Sequence record: OR532817.1
DNA length: 64,000 bases
Reading direction: 5' to 3' (one strand)
The notes beneath the pieces are model-generated. The model did not search any database. It saw only the letters and a list, made by a program, of their open reading frames with translations, and was not told the DNA's origin. Positions 1 to 15,371 of the stretch are shown here, piece after piece. How positions within the stretch are numbered: the stretch's first letter is position 1; every line of letters starts with the position of its first letter. Made by a program: the position numbers and the translations under genes.

Positions 1-144
1 AAATCAGAAGATAATTTTTTTCAGGATTCACTAATTAATGATTACAATGATTTATCATTCGAAGATATTGACAAAATGATGAATATGTTCTATAATGTAA
101 AAAATACAAGTTTATCCCTATTTGGTGAAGATGATGAAATTTGA
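1..144 (+). CDS. partial ORF (5' end outside window), FQxS-motif paralog family
   Basis: Frame 1 reads KSEDNFFQDSLINDY...DEI*, carrying the family motif. Confidence 0.6.
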   Translation, partial: KSEDNFFQDSLINDYNDLSFEDIDKMMNMFYNVKNTSLSLFGEDDEI

Positions 145-571
145 TTTAGAAAAATTTCTGGATTTGGATTTAGATTCATTTTATATCAGAAAGTTTATTT
201 TTAAACCACACACAAATGTGGTTGATTATGCTGTGATTGAACTACATGAATCAGACTATACAATTTGGTACGATGTTGATGATTGTATTCAACTAAAGGA
301 ATGTGATGAATGTAAAGGTTATGTTCTGTTGTATGACCTCAATACAAATGAAATTACATTAAAAACTTCACATTATGATGAATACGGTATTATAACAAGG
401 CGTGAATGTATTGCATTTTCACATGATGATTATACAGAAGAATCATTTTTTATGATTAGTACCTTACATGATGTTGGGGAATTTACATTTGAAACTTTCG
501 ATAAATTTAATAAAATTTTGAAAAAGATTAAATCAATGATCAAGGAAATTGAAAATGAACAGTCCAAGTAA
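122..571 (+). CDS. hypothetical protein, FQxS-motif paralog family
   Basis: EESFFMISTLHD near C-terminus; likely start at ATG 131. Confidence 0.7.
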   Translation: MVKMMKFDLEKFLDLDLDSFYIRKFIFKPHTNVVDYAVIELHESDYTIWYDVDDCIQLKECDECKGYVLLYDLNTNEITLKTSHYDEYGIITRRECIAFSHDDYTEESFFMISTLHDVGEFTFETFDKFNKILKKIKSMIKEIENEQSK

Positions 572-968
572 ATGTTATATTGTTATTCGTAATGATTTGG
601 ATATGCCAGAAGGTAAATTTGGTGCACAAATCGGCCATGGCATCGACGCAGTATGGAAAGAGGTTTTGGTAGCCGGTACAATGGTGCGTGCTGCAAATAT
701 AGCCAATGAACAACCAAAAGAGCGTGATATCAAAATACAGGATGAAATTTCTAAATGGGTGAGTGACGGTAGTAGAAAGATTATTCTAAAAACAAAATCA
801 GAAGACGAATTACTGAAAATTTATAAAAAGGTATTGTCTGAAGGTTGTATTTGTACTAAAATTTATGATTATGGATTTAATTTTTTTGATGGTTTAACTT
901 TAACTGGTATTGTTGTACATCCATGTTCAGAAGAAATTAAAACATTAAAACGAGTACGCTTATGGTAA
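549..968 (+). CDS. peptidyl-tRNA hydrolase, PTH2 family
   Basis: YIVIRNDLDMPEGKFGAQIGH, W..DG.RKIILK..SEDELL, IYDYG and C-terminal RLW match the PTH2 pattern. Confidence 0.85.
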   Translation: MKMNSPSKCYIVIRNDLDMPEGKFGAQIGHGIDAVWKEVLVAGTMVRAANIANEQPKERDIKIQDEISKWVSDGSRKIILKTKSEDELLKIYKKVLSEGCICTKIYDYGFNFFDGLTLTGIVVHPCSEEIKTLKRVRLW

Positions 969-1336
969 ATGAACATTTAAAAGAATTATGTTCTTTATGG
1001 AAATCATCTGATGTAAGATTTGAACCTGTACCCAAAAATAAAGATAACTGGCATAATTCTATTGTTATGGGGTCTTGTGGTTTTTTTCTTTTACCTATGG
1101 TACTAAAAGATAAAAAAATAGGTATTGTTGTTTTATACAATGATCTTATATATTATTTTTTGTACGAAGATGAAATTCAGTACGTACATAATAATATGAC
1201 ACATACATACAAAAGAGATACCACACATGAAGAACTATTCCAACTAAGTACTTTATACGATGAAGTAATTCAGTACGAAAACTTAATAGAAGTTTTTAAC
1301 TTATATGATTCCGTAATGGAGGTAATTGAAAGATGA
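962..1336 (+). CDS. hypothetical protein, FQxS-motif family
   Basis: EELFQLSTLYD. Confidence 0.7.
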   Translation: MVNEHLKELCSLWKSSDVRFEPVPKNKDNWHNSIVMGSCGFFLLPMVLKDKKIGIVVLYNDLIYYFLYEDEIQYVHNNMTHTYKRDTTHEELFQLSTLYDEVIQYENLIEVFNLYDSVMEVIER

Positions 1337-1599
1337 TGAGTCATTGTAAATTCTGGCTTCCTGTTATGGTTGTTCTGTTTATTATTTTTACAGTAGTAAA
1401 CTATAAAATCCACAATTCTATCCCAAGACAGCCTACAGCAGAAGAATTAGCTATTCATCAAAATAGTGGTTTATATGCTGAAGTACTCAATAAAATCAAA
1501 AACAAATGTACTGGTATCAGTGATAATGAAAGGAATACATTCTATACATGTCAGGACGGTTCTAAAGTATCAGTGATTTACTGGAAAACGACAAGATAG
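1333..1599 (+). CDS. small protein with N-terminal membrane anchor
   Basis: FWLPVMVVLFIIFTVV; ATGA overlap with upstream gene. Confidence 0.6.
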   Translation: MMSHCKFWLPVMVVLFIIFTVVNYKIHNSIPRQPTAEELAIHQNSGLYAEVLNKIKNKCTGISDNERNTFYTCQDGSKVSVIYWKTTR

Positions 1600-1652
1600 A
1601 AGTGGGTATGTCACTCGTGATTTTGATAAAAATGGTAAATTAATTTCGATTT

Positions 1653-2117
1653 ATGGACACCCAGATGATATCTAAAGAACAACATAAATTTTTATTCAAA
1701 ATATTGAATTCTTATAAAGTTAATAAGTTCAGTACTAAACACGTTCACAATCCAAAAATTGTTATTAGCACAAGGCGATATATAGGAAATAACAATTTTG
1801 AAATATACTTATATAAAGGAACTATTTCATTAGAAATTCAAAGATATGGTATTATTTTATTATTAATTGAGTATAATCCAATTTCTGACAATATGACGTT
1901 ATTATTCAATGATAATGAACATTGTTCTGAAATCGTTTATCGTATAAACGATGTGTCGGAAATTCTTGAAGAAGATGGTTATTTTCAACAAAGTCTTGTA
2001 CAAAATCTTCCATTGGAATATAATGATTTTTGTAAAATGATGGATGATATCACAACCATCAAAAATTCAATGCTGGAACGTTTTGAGTTAACAGAGCAAG
2101 TGTGCGACAATGACTAA
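1653..2117 (+). CDS. hypothetical protein, FQxS-motif family
   Basis: EDGYFQQSLVQN. Confidence 0.65.
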   Translation: MDTQMISKEQHKFLFKILNSYKVNKFSTKHVHNPKIVISTRRYIGNNNFEIYLYKGTISLEIQRYGIILLLIEYNPISDNMTLLFNDNEHCSEIVYRINDVSEILEEDGYFQQSLVQNLPLEYNDFCKMMDDITTIKNSMLERFELTEQVCDND

Positions 2118-2425
2118 AGTAGTTAGAAAGCGTAGAGTACTTGATAATGATGAATTCAAATCATTAGAGATTCATCGTCAATTGTTTCACCGTCTTTGTG
2201 CTGGTGAGAAACAAATTGTAGTTACTGAAACATATGAAGAACCAGAAAATATTTTCGGTAACTATTTCCCTGTATTCAATTTGTATATTAAACGCGGTCT
2301 ATTGGAAGTAATTACAATAGATCAGTTACCGGAAGATGAACATGAATTTACTGTTATCAAATAAAGAACCATTAGATCGTGATGATGATTTTTATGATGA
2401 ACGTTATGGTGAATCGGAGGAATAA

Positions 2426-2980
2426 ATGGGATTAGATATCTATAAATGTAAAATTAGTTCTACTAAACAAGAACATGGTTTTATTACATGTTCACAAGAA
2501 GAGATTGATTCAAATAAATCAATTAAAGAACTATTCCAGAAATATAAAAATTATATCAATATCGGTACTGAAGAATACATTGATATTGAACAAAGTTTAA
2601 TCAAATTTAATCTTTCTGATGAATGGTTTTTATCTGGATATGAGTTCAATGAAGATGAGGATTCATATTATGCAGTATTTGATTGTACTCTACCATTGTT
2701 CGATTCCGTAAAAGTATTATATAATGAACTTATCACAAAAGATGAAAAAGTTTATACATTATATTACACAGAAATTGGCTATCAACGTAGAGATTATAAA
2801 CCTGGAATCTATGCTGATCTTTGGGGATGTGACCAGGACGATCATGACGGATATTACAGCTTAAATGTAGTAACAGATAATTCAGTACTTGAACTTGTTA
2901 AAATGTATGCGAATGAAAATTCTCCACTTAGTCAATGGGTACTAAACGATAATGATGAATTTATTATCTTCGATTATTGA
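2426..2980 (+). CDS. hypothetical phage protein (MGLD- N-terminus)
   Basis: GGAGG RBS upstream, 184-aa ORF. Confidence 0.7.
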   Translation: MGLDIYKCKISSTKQEHGFITCSQEEIDSNKSIKELFQKYKNYINIGTEEYIDIEQSLIKFNLSDEWFLSGYEFNEDEDSYYAVFDCTLPLFDSVKVLYNELITKDEKVYTLYYTEIGYQRRDYKPGIYADLWGCDQDDHDGYYSLNVVTDNSVLELVKMYANENSPLSQWVLNDNDEFIIFDY

Positions 2981-3010
2981 GATTTCTAAATAAAATAAAA
3001 CATAACAAGG

Positions 3011-3904
3011 ATGTTTATGAAACCTATTACAGTACTGTCATTATTCAATGGGATGAGTGTTGGGTATATGGCACTAAAGAATGCTGGAATTCCAGTACAG
3101 AAATATTACTCATCAGAAATTGATAAATTTGCTATTGCTGAATCACAAGCCAACTACCCTGATATTATTCAGTTAGGTGATATAACTAAATGGGAAGATT
3201 GGGATATCGACTGGGGTAGTATTGACCTACTTATTGGTGGAAGTCCTTGCACTGATGTAAGTTTTGCGGGAAAACAAGAGGGGTTAGTTAAACCAGATGA
3301 AAACGGTGATGGTGGAACACGAAGTGGTTTATTTTATATAATGATTGACATATTCAATCATATTAAATCGATAAATCCAGATTTAAATTTTTTATTTGAA
3401 AATGTCAAGATGAAAAAAGAACATCTTGAAGAATTTAATAATAATATAGGGGTTGATCCTGTTCTAATCAATTCTGAATTATATACTGCTCATTACAGAC
3501 AGAGATATTACTGGATTAGCTCAAATAAGCTAATTCTCAATCCCGCCTACAAAGCCCCAGTACTTCAAGATATTATTGTTAATGCATATGCTGACAGGAA
3601 TAAATCATATTGCATTGATGCCAATTACTGGAAAAAGGGGAATATCACACAGTACTTACGCAAATCAAGAAGACAGATTGTTTATCTAAGAGACGATCAT
3701 GATTTATTCAGTACTGAAGAAAAAATTAACACATTTAAACTCAATGTTGACTATAGACATTTAACAGTAGACGAAGTATGTTTATTACAGGGTGTACCTG
3801 TTGGATTTTTTAAAGTAAGTAGTGCAACACAAGCATACAAAATGCTAGGTAATGGATGGACATGTCCAGTTATTGAACATCTATTAAAGGAAATTTTCTT
3901 TTAA
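3011..3904 (+). CDS. DNA (cytosine-5) methyltransferase
   Basis: Motif I LSLFNG, catalytic GGSPC, FENV, RQRYYW, C-terminal LGNGW. Confidence 0.92.
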   Translation: MFMKPITVLSLFNGMSVGYMALKNAGIPVQKYYSSEIDKFAIAESQANYPDIIQLGDITKWEDWDIDWGSIDLLIGGSPCTDVSFAGKQEGLVKPDENGDGGTRSGLFYIMIDIFNHIKSINPDLNFLFENVKMKKEHLEEFNNNIGVDPVLINSELYTAHYRQRYYWISSNKLILNPAYKAPVLQDIIVNAYADRNKSYCIDANYWKKGNITQYLRKSRRQIVYLRDDHDLFSTEEKINTFKLNVDYRHLTVDEVCLLQGVPVGFFKVSSATQAYKMLGNGWTCPVIEHLLKEIFF

Positions 3905-4163
3905 TTAATAATTTAAAATGGAAAATAATATCAATGATTAGTAAAGTATACCTTGATGAAAATATTTCTAACGAAAAGACACAATATGCAGTTTATGATT
4001 CCTTGACTGATAAAGTACTAACAGAGAGTATTCATTCTTATAAAGCAGATGTTGAAGATTTTATGACACACAAATATGGTGCTGACTGGCGTACAACACA
4101 TGCATTATATAGTATTCGTGAAATTAAAATCGTAGTGTTATAAACATAAAAAATCCACCACAT

Positions 4164-4634
4164 GTGGATTTTTTTCTATTTGAGATTAAATTAAACATGC
4201 ACAATGAAGAAATAATTCATTTTCTTAAATTTTATTTAAAATGTATCAATGCTGTTCAAAAATTAATGGAATGTGAAATGATTAATGATTTTAATGATCA
4301 TTTTGGATATATAAGTACAGATTTATATCCCGTCCCTGTTCGTGTAAAATGGAATTATGATCAAGATGCATATGCAATGCAACTGGATTTTGATTTATTC
4401 GGACTTCCATCTAAATTTAATATAGGAACTATTTGTTTTGATAAAAATGATGGTTTGATTTTAATTTGTTATAACAATAAAACAGAAGTTGATTTAAAAT
4501 ACAGAGAATGGTTAACCGAAGAATCGTTTTTTCAGTCCTCGTTAATATATGATTTTGGTAGTACTGATTTACAGTACTGGAATAAATGCATTGATTTATT
4601 TGAAAAGATTGAAGGAGTAATGACAGGTGTTTAA
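4164..4634 (+). CDS. hypothetical protein, FQxS-motif family
   Basis: EESFFQSSLIYD followed by STDLQYWNKCI, shared with 14754..15263. Confidence 0.7.
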   Translation: MDFFLFEIKLNMHNEEIIHFLKFYLKCINAVQKLMECEMINDFNDHFGYISTDLYPVPVRVKWNYDQDAYAMQLDFDLFGLPSKFNIGTICFDKNDGLILICYNNKTEVDLKYREWLTEESFFQSSLIYDFGSTDLQYWNKCIDLFEKIEGVMTGV

Positions 4635-5998
4635 AATAAAACTAATTTATACCACTGGTAATACATTCGAAACATGTGAAGTAGAAAGATTTATTAATTG
4701 CGAATGGGATACAGAAGAGAAAGCTATTCATGAAATGAATAAAATCCGAGAGCACTGGATTTTCAATAAAAAAATTAGTTCTACTCGTGATAAAGACACA
4801 AAGAAGAAATTGGTATCACAAGCTATTATGCAATCATGGTATAAACCTGGTAATTCTGAATATACTATGTTGCTAGTTGATAATGATGGAAATTCTTTTG
4901 AAATGTATGCTGCATGGTTAGGGTATTTTGAAATTCTTCACAGTACTGAAGTAGTCAATGCAAACCAATTAGACAACTATATTGATTTCGATGAATTAAG
5001 ATCAAATATGGGATTGTGGTAATGGATGGTCCAACTGTACTAAAAATCCTTCGTAAATTTAAACACCCAATGTTGTTCGGACGTTGGAAATCGTTAAAAG
5101 AAAATAAAAATACCGACGATCAAAAAAATATCAATTATAGATGGTATTGGGATTATTCAAAAGATTATGGTGATTCACTTTGTATAAAAATTAAATTCAA
5201 TAATTATAATAAATGGTCTAGAGATAAAAAATACATATATTCATATGATATTCACTTATCAAAGGAACATGTATTTATTTTTCATAGAAGTTACAACAAA
5301 TTTTCATTGAAACATGATGTACTATTTTCTATAAATGAATTATATGAAGATTTAGAAAGTGTATTATTTCAGCAATCATTATTGACTTCTACTGGTATGG
5401 TGAGTACTCAAGAAATTGAAGTAATAAGAGAATTAAAAGATATATATTTTTCAAAGGAGAAATGATGGGTTACGGTATTCAATATAAATGTAATGATGGT
5501 AAGGACTATTATTGTACTAGTTCTTCATTTGTAACTTTTAGTGAAAATATTGAAAGTATAGCAGAATTTGCACAACAAAAAACTGCATTAAAAATAGCCA
5601 AAGGATTTACAAAATCAACTGATATGGAAGCTGAATTTGGTGAAGGTAAATTGTTTGTTATTAAAGTGGTGAAAGTTCCACTTCAAATAGAAGAAGTACA
5701 ATTAGTAAAATTAAAACCCGGCTACCGAATTTATTCTGAAGAGGAAGAAGAATATTACAAAGGTAGTAAAAAATCAACAAAACGTTTTGGATATCACAAT
5801 AATTTTGATGAATTACATTGCAGTACTGTGTTTAAAACAGAAAAAGAAGCACAAAAAACAATTGATGCAATTCTTGATGATTATCATAGTTATGCATATA
5901 AGTATGACCCTAGTGATAAACAGTATGAACAACATGTCAAATCTTATGAACCATATTATCTAATGGCAAAAAAATTAAAAATTGTTTATATTGAATAA
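4627..5998 (+). other. three translationally coupled hypothetical CDS (4627..5022, 5016..5465 FQxS family, 5462..5998)
   Basis: Overlapping start/stop codons; ESVLFQQSLL in the second. Confidence 0.65.
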
Positions 5999-5999
5999 A

Positions 6000-6035
6000 A
6001 AAAGCTTGACATATAAATTGACAATGATATAATAA
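6000..6035 (+). promoter_or_regulatory. sigma70-like promoter
   Basis: Tandem TTGACA hexamers followed by TGA-TATAAT. Confidence 0.7.
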
Positions 6036-6063
6036 TTGCAAATCAACCAAAGAGTAACTTTGT

Positions 6064-9990
<3,927 letters not shown>

Positions 9991-10000
9991 TATCAAATCC

Positions 10001-10024
10001 AGCCACTACATATATGTAGTGGCT
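10001..10024 (+). terminator. intrinsic terminator hairpin
   Basis: AGCCACTACA-TATA-TGTAGTGGCT then T-rich. Confidence 0.6.
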
Positions 10025-10069
10025 ATTATTTTAAGTACATGTTTAAGTACATTACAAAGGTGAATTATC

Positions 10070-10573
<504 letters not shown>

Positions 10574-10880
10574 TATTTTATAATAAAAAGGGATATTTTA
10601 TATGAATGAAAAAATTGTAAAACTAAACACTTTACTACAAGAAATTGTAGATCTAAGTTCTCACATGGATGATACACATATTCATATGGTTGAGGAATTA
10701 TGTTCATCTGTACTTGCAGTATTTGCTGATCATGATTATGTACCTATGGTACACGTAGAGGCACCTGAAGAAGACGGTGAAACTGAAATTTCTCCTGGTG
10801 TATTTGCTGTTCGCAAGGACAATAAAATTACGATTGTTAACAAATAATATTATGGAGACTACTAATAGTCTCCTTTATTT

Positions 10881-11779
<899 letters not shown>

Positions 11780-11998
11780 ATATGCATGTAAAAATTAACC
11801 CAGAAAAGAACTTTTATAATGAAGTATTCGGTTCTGAAGATTTAGTACGTCATTTTCCTGAATTAGAAACAACTGGCGTCGAAGTTTATTATGATGGTGA
11901 CTTGTATCATATCATTAAAGATGGTAAACTAGCTGGAGATTGCTGTTTCTTTGATGAAGAAGAAATGGAACATCTTACCATTCTATAAATAAAAAAAT

Positions 11999-12485
11999 GG
12001 AGGCGACTGTATTCAGTACTGAATCAATTGATCGTTGCGTAATCAGATTCAGTTAGCGTAGTATTAGCTGGGACGCGTACTTGTGAGCCGCAACCACAAT
12101 GTACTTAAAATCCAACGCGTGGAGGGTAAGCATTCTGTACTGAATAGCAGAAGGGCTACAAAAACTTATACTTCAAAAAGGTTCGGGAAGTATTCGTAAT
12201 AAACCGTTTAATCGTCTTATCAGTACTATGAACAACCAATATATTTGTGGTGGATATTATTGGACTCAAGTAGATGATATTATCTTTGTACGCTTTCTAA
12301 CCAAAAGGTCAGATAATAAAAATGTAAGAAAATTTCAGTACTGATAGCTGGAACCTTACTATAGCAAAAAGACCTGATATGACTCGCTTAGGTCTTTAAA
12401 TTATATAATGCGAGGGACGCTACGCCTTAGTTTAGGGCTAAATCGTAAGGATTGCGTACTAAACCGCCTTGAGAGTCCCAAGGCA
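11999..12485 (+). ncRNA. candidate ~490-nt structured ncRNA
   Basis: No ORF; about 10 helices (e.g. AAAGACCT/AGGTCTTT, CCAATA/TATTGG, ATACTTC/GAAGTAT, AGGCG/CGCCT). Confidence 0.55.
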
Positions 12486-12600
12486 ACTTTTAATTAAAAT
12501 AAATTTGGACAAAACACAAAAAGGTGATATAATGATTCTATCTGAAGAAGATTGGGGTGTTTATCCTAAAGACGAATTTGATGGATTTTAATAAAAAATC

Positions 12601-12630
12601 TTGAACAAAAACAAAATAATGTGATATAAT
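12601..12630 (+). promoter_or_regulatory. extended -10 promoter for ncRNA
   Basis: TTGAAC ... TG-A-TATAAT. Confidence 0.65.
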
Positions 12631-12634
12631 ATTA

Positions 12635-12772
12635 GTACTGAATGAGGATAGGTGCAGTTGGTGAGATACCGCATGAGAAATCATAGACACCATAGACACC
12701 GTAGAAAGCGAAGGGCTTGGTGAGCGACGGCAATAGACAAGCATAGTAGAGGCTTGAAGAACTCATTAGTAC
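12635..12772 (+). ncRNA. structured ncRNA, paralog A
   Basis: Closing stem GTACT(G)AATGAG/CTCATTAGTAC starts at the expected TSS and is followed by a T-run; core shared with 13373..13472. Confidence 0.65.
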
Positions 12773-12878
12773 TTTTTTTAATTTAAAGAATTATGCACTA
12801 GTTGTTTTAAATCAGTAAAACACCGAAGATGTAAGTACTATGTAGTATGTCAAAATCAAATACAATAAGAGTATACAT

Positions 12879-13352
12879 ATGAAAGTCGAATTGGGAAGTA
12901 CTATCAAAGCAGGTTATACTGTTTCAGTTACAACGTGGGAAAATGATGCAGATAATTATCAAACAAATGACATTGTAGGCTTATCTAAAGAAGATGCCAA
13001 AATGTTTATTGATACTTTACCCATTTTTAAATCCGTTTATAGTAAAAAGAAAGGTCTTGGAAACAAAGAACTTAATATTAACCAGTACTTGGGTAAGTTC
13101 GAAGACCTAATCAATAACAATATTATCACAGTGTCATTTGCTGAAAAATATTTTGGTTATATTAACCCAAATAGTGATTATGATGAAGATGAACAACAAG
13201 ACACGATTATTGAAGCATTGTCTGAAATTCTAGGATATCCAGTTGAATACGATTATGGTTTTATCAGAGTCGTTGAAAAAGTTCAAGTACTCTACTTCGA
13301 TGAAGATACTGTAATTCCTTCAGGTTCGAAAGTAGACACCAGTACTTTATAA
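12879..13352 (+). CDS. hypothetical phage protein
   Basis: 157-aa ORF, TWENDADNY motif. Confidence 0.65.
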   Translation: MKVELGSTIKAGYTVSVTTWENDADNYQTNDIVGLSKEDAKMFIDTLPIFKSVYSKKKGLGNKELNINQYLGKFEDLINNNIITVSFAEKYFGYINPNSDYDEDEQQDTIIEALSEILGYPVEYDYGFIRVVEKVQVLYFDEDTVIPSGSKVDTSTL

Positions 13353-13372
13353 CATATAAAATACAGAACAAA

Positions 13373-13472
13373 TACTGAATGAGGATAGGTCATTGTGACC
13401 GGATGAAGTGAAAGGCTTGGTGAGCGACGGCAAAACCCAACCGTAGTAGAAGCTCTAGGAACTCATTCAGTA
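13373..13472 (+). ncRNA. structured ncRNA, paralog B
   Basis: Perfect 11-bp closing stem TACTGAATGAG/CTCATTCAGTA; core GGCTTGGTGAGCGACGGCAA shared with paralog A. Confidence 0.65.
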
Positions 13473-13493
13473 CATTTTAATTTAAAGAATTAA

Positions 13494-13581
13494 GGCCGTA
13501 TGTCCAAATTGGTAAAGGAGACAGACTTAAAATCTGTTGGTGATATTCACCTTCTCGATTCGAGTTCGAGTGCGGCTACCA
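13494..13581 (+). tRNA. tRNA-Leu(UAA)
   Basis: Cloverleaf with long variable arm, ACAGA-CTTAAAA-TCTGT, TTCGAG T-loop, encoded CCA. Confidence 0.92.
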
Positions 13582-13610
13582 AATTTATAGTACTTCATTA
13601 GGTAAACAAT

Positions 13611-13934
13611 ATGTGTACTGAAGCAAGAAGATATGTTTATATTTTGGTTCGCAAAGATTTAGAACTAAAGGATATTATTGTTCAAACTGCTCATGCTTCA
13701 TATGAAAGTGCAAAAGAATTTAAAAATAATGCTGATAGAACATCTATTATAGTTTTAGAAGTCAAGGACTTATACAAACTAAATGATGCTAAAAGTTATT
13801 TAAATTCTAATGGCATTAATTGGACTGTGTATACTGAAAAATCTTTAGGATTTGGAGAAACTGCTATCAGTACTGAAGCACTCAATAACGAACAACGCAA
13901 AACTATGCGTAAGTTCCAATTATTGAAAATATAA
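13611..13934 (+). CDS. second PTH2-superfamily protein
   Basis: YILVRKDL..IIVQTAHASYE, IIVLEV, G.GETAIST, C-terminal FQLL. Confidence 0.7.
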   Translation: MCTEARRYVYILVRKDLELKDIIVQTAHASYESAKEFKNNADRTSIIVLEVKDLYKLNDAKSYLNSNGINWTVYTEKSLGFGETAISTEALNNEQRKTMRKFQLLKI

Positions 13935-13947
13935 ATATAATAACAAA

Positions 13948-14023
<76 letters not shown>

Positions 14024-14028
14024 AATTC

Positions 14029-14124
14029 AACAGGTAGTAACGCTCTTAGGTGTACATTAATATAGGAATAAGGGTTAACAGTACTGTACACAAACGAGTA
14101 ACCCCGAAAGACCCGAAACCTGTT
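14029..14124 (+). ncRNA. candidate pseudoknotted ncRNA
   Basis: AACAGG/CCTGTT closing stem, GTGTACA/TGTACAC stem, loop GGGTTA complementary to downstream TAACCC. Confidence 0.5.
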
Positions 14125-14134
14125 AAAGTTTTAC

Positions 14135-14184
14135 GGATGATTATAAATCTGAATTGACAGAAACAGCTAAAACTGTTATTATCC
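14135..14184 (+). ncRNA. 50-nt D-armless tRNA-like RNA, copy 1
   Basis: GGATGAT/ATTATCC; TCTG-AATTGA-CAGA; AACAG-CTAAAA-CTGTT. Confidence 0.7.
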
Positions 14185-14192
14185 TATTTTAT

Positions 14193-14377
14193 TCCACAAT
14201 CAGACGTATATGGTGTAAGTTACGTCGATGAAATCCAGAACAAGATCTCTGGTACTCTAGGAAGTGGTGAATGTTAACCTAGACGGGTTTGTTAATTGGA
14301 CGATAAGCAATTAATACTTGACTAGCAGGTTTAAACTAGAGGTGACTGTCCTTCACTAAACTGGAAAACCGGGTGGA
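14193..14377 (+). ncRNA. candidate ~185-nt multibranch ncRNA
   Basis: TCCAC/GTGGA closes six hairpins (GACGTA/TACGTC, CCAGA/TCTGG, CTAGG/CCTAG, TTAATTG/CAATTAA, CTAG/CTAG, GTGA/TCAC). Confidence 0.55.
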
Positions 14378-14395
14378 CTTTTAATTAAAAAAGTG

Positions 14396-14424
14396 TTGAA
14401 CAAAATGTTCAATAATGATATAAT
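14396..14424 (+). promoter_or_regulatory. repeated tRNA-island promoter with TTGAAC-N5-GTTCAA palindrome
   Basis: TTGAAC-17-TATAAT with TG extension; related copies at 15341, 15766, 15972, 16179. Confidence 0.7.
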
Positions 14425-14515
14425 AAGTATCAATGTAAGGCGTGGAACAATGTTTACAGAAGTTACTTAGTAGCCTGTACGCCCCACGTCAAGGTAGCCG
14501 AAAGGCAAGTTTAAT

Positions 14516-14565
14516 GGGTGGTTATAAATCTGAATTGACAGAGACTATTAAAACAGTCACCATCC
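14516..14565 (+). ncRNA. 50-nt D-armless tRNA-like RNA, copy 2
   Basis: GGGTGGT/ACCATCC; TCTG-AATTGA-CAGA; GACT-ATTAAAAC-AGTC. Confidence 0.7.
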
Positions 14566-14753
14566 AAATTTTAATTTAATAGTTTAGTATGAATAAAAAA
14601 CAAATACATAAACATTATGATGAAATTGCAGTGAAGGTTTTTCGTGGTGAATTAGGTTATAAACCATCTGTTAAATCTAAATATTCAAAATCTTCTTCAA
14701 TAAAGTTCAATCATAAAATAGAGTTTAAATAATACTGGACAATAATATATAAA

Positions 14754-15263
14754 ATGAATATCACTAATGTAAAAGATTTTTTAGAATATTTTATTAAGAA
14801 TACTCGTGCCCGTGATGAATTAGAAAAAAATGGATTCGTTGATGGTTACGATTGCACTAATTTCTTTTATACTATTGATAAACATGAATATTATGTCGAT
14901 GCAACTTTAAGTGATGATCCATATTATATAAAAGATGGGTATTGCATTGGATTTACGTTCGAAGATAAATCACTAGATGCACCAATAAACTTTTATACAT
15001 TATATTATAATAAAAAAGATAATATTTTGAAATTAGGATTTACTTGGGATGATGAAGAAGATGTTGTATTCAATTGTAATACATGGTTAGAACATGATTC
15101 ATTCTTTCAAAGTACATTAATTCATGACTTTATGACAACAGATTTAGAGTACTGGAAAAACTGCATAGAATTACTTAATGTAATTTATAATGAACAAGTT
15201 AAAAAATTTGACAATAGTTTACACAATGATGACATTTATAATAAAAACTTTATGGGACGATAA
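14754..15263 (+). CDS. hypothetical protein, FQxS-motif family
   Basis: HDSFFQSTLIHD..TTDLEYWKNCI. Confidence 0.7.
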   Translation: MNITNVKDFLEYFIKNTRARDELEKNGFVDGYDCTNFFYTIDKHEYYVDATLSDDPYYIKDGYCIGFTFEDKSLDAPINFYTLYYNKKDNILKLGFTWDDEEDVVFNCNTWLEHDSFFQSTLIHDFMTTDLEYWKNCIELLNVIYNEQVKKFDNSLHNDDIYNKNFMGR

Positions 15264-15371
15264 TCGTAGGACGGGTCAGCATTTGGTAGTATGTTCGGCT
15301 GAATAAAGTATAAACGTCATCACCAAATTTAAAAAAAGTGTTGAACAAAATCATCAATACTGATATAATAA

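Noticed and set aside
11999-12485. tmRNA or RNase P RNA
   Set aside because: No tRNA-like 5'/3' ends with T-arm and CCA, no tag ORF, and no RNase P P4 signature.
14396-14412. Gram-positive LexA box (GAAC-N4-GTTC)
   Set aside because: The spacer here is N5 and the host signals point to a gammaproteobacterium; kept only as an unassigned operator.
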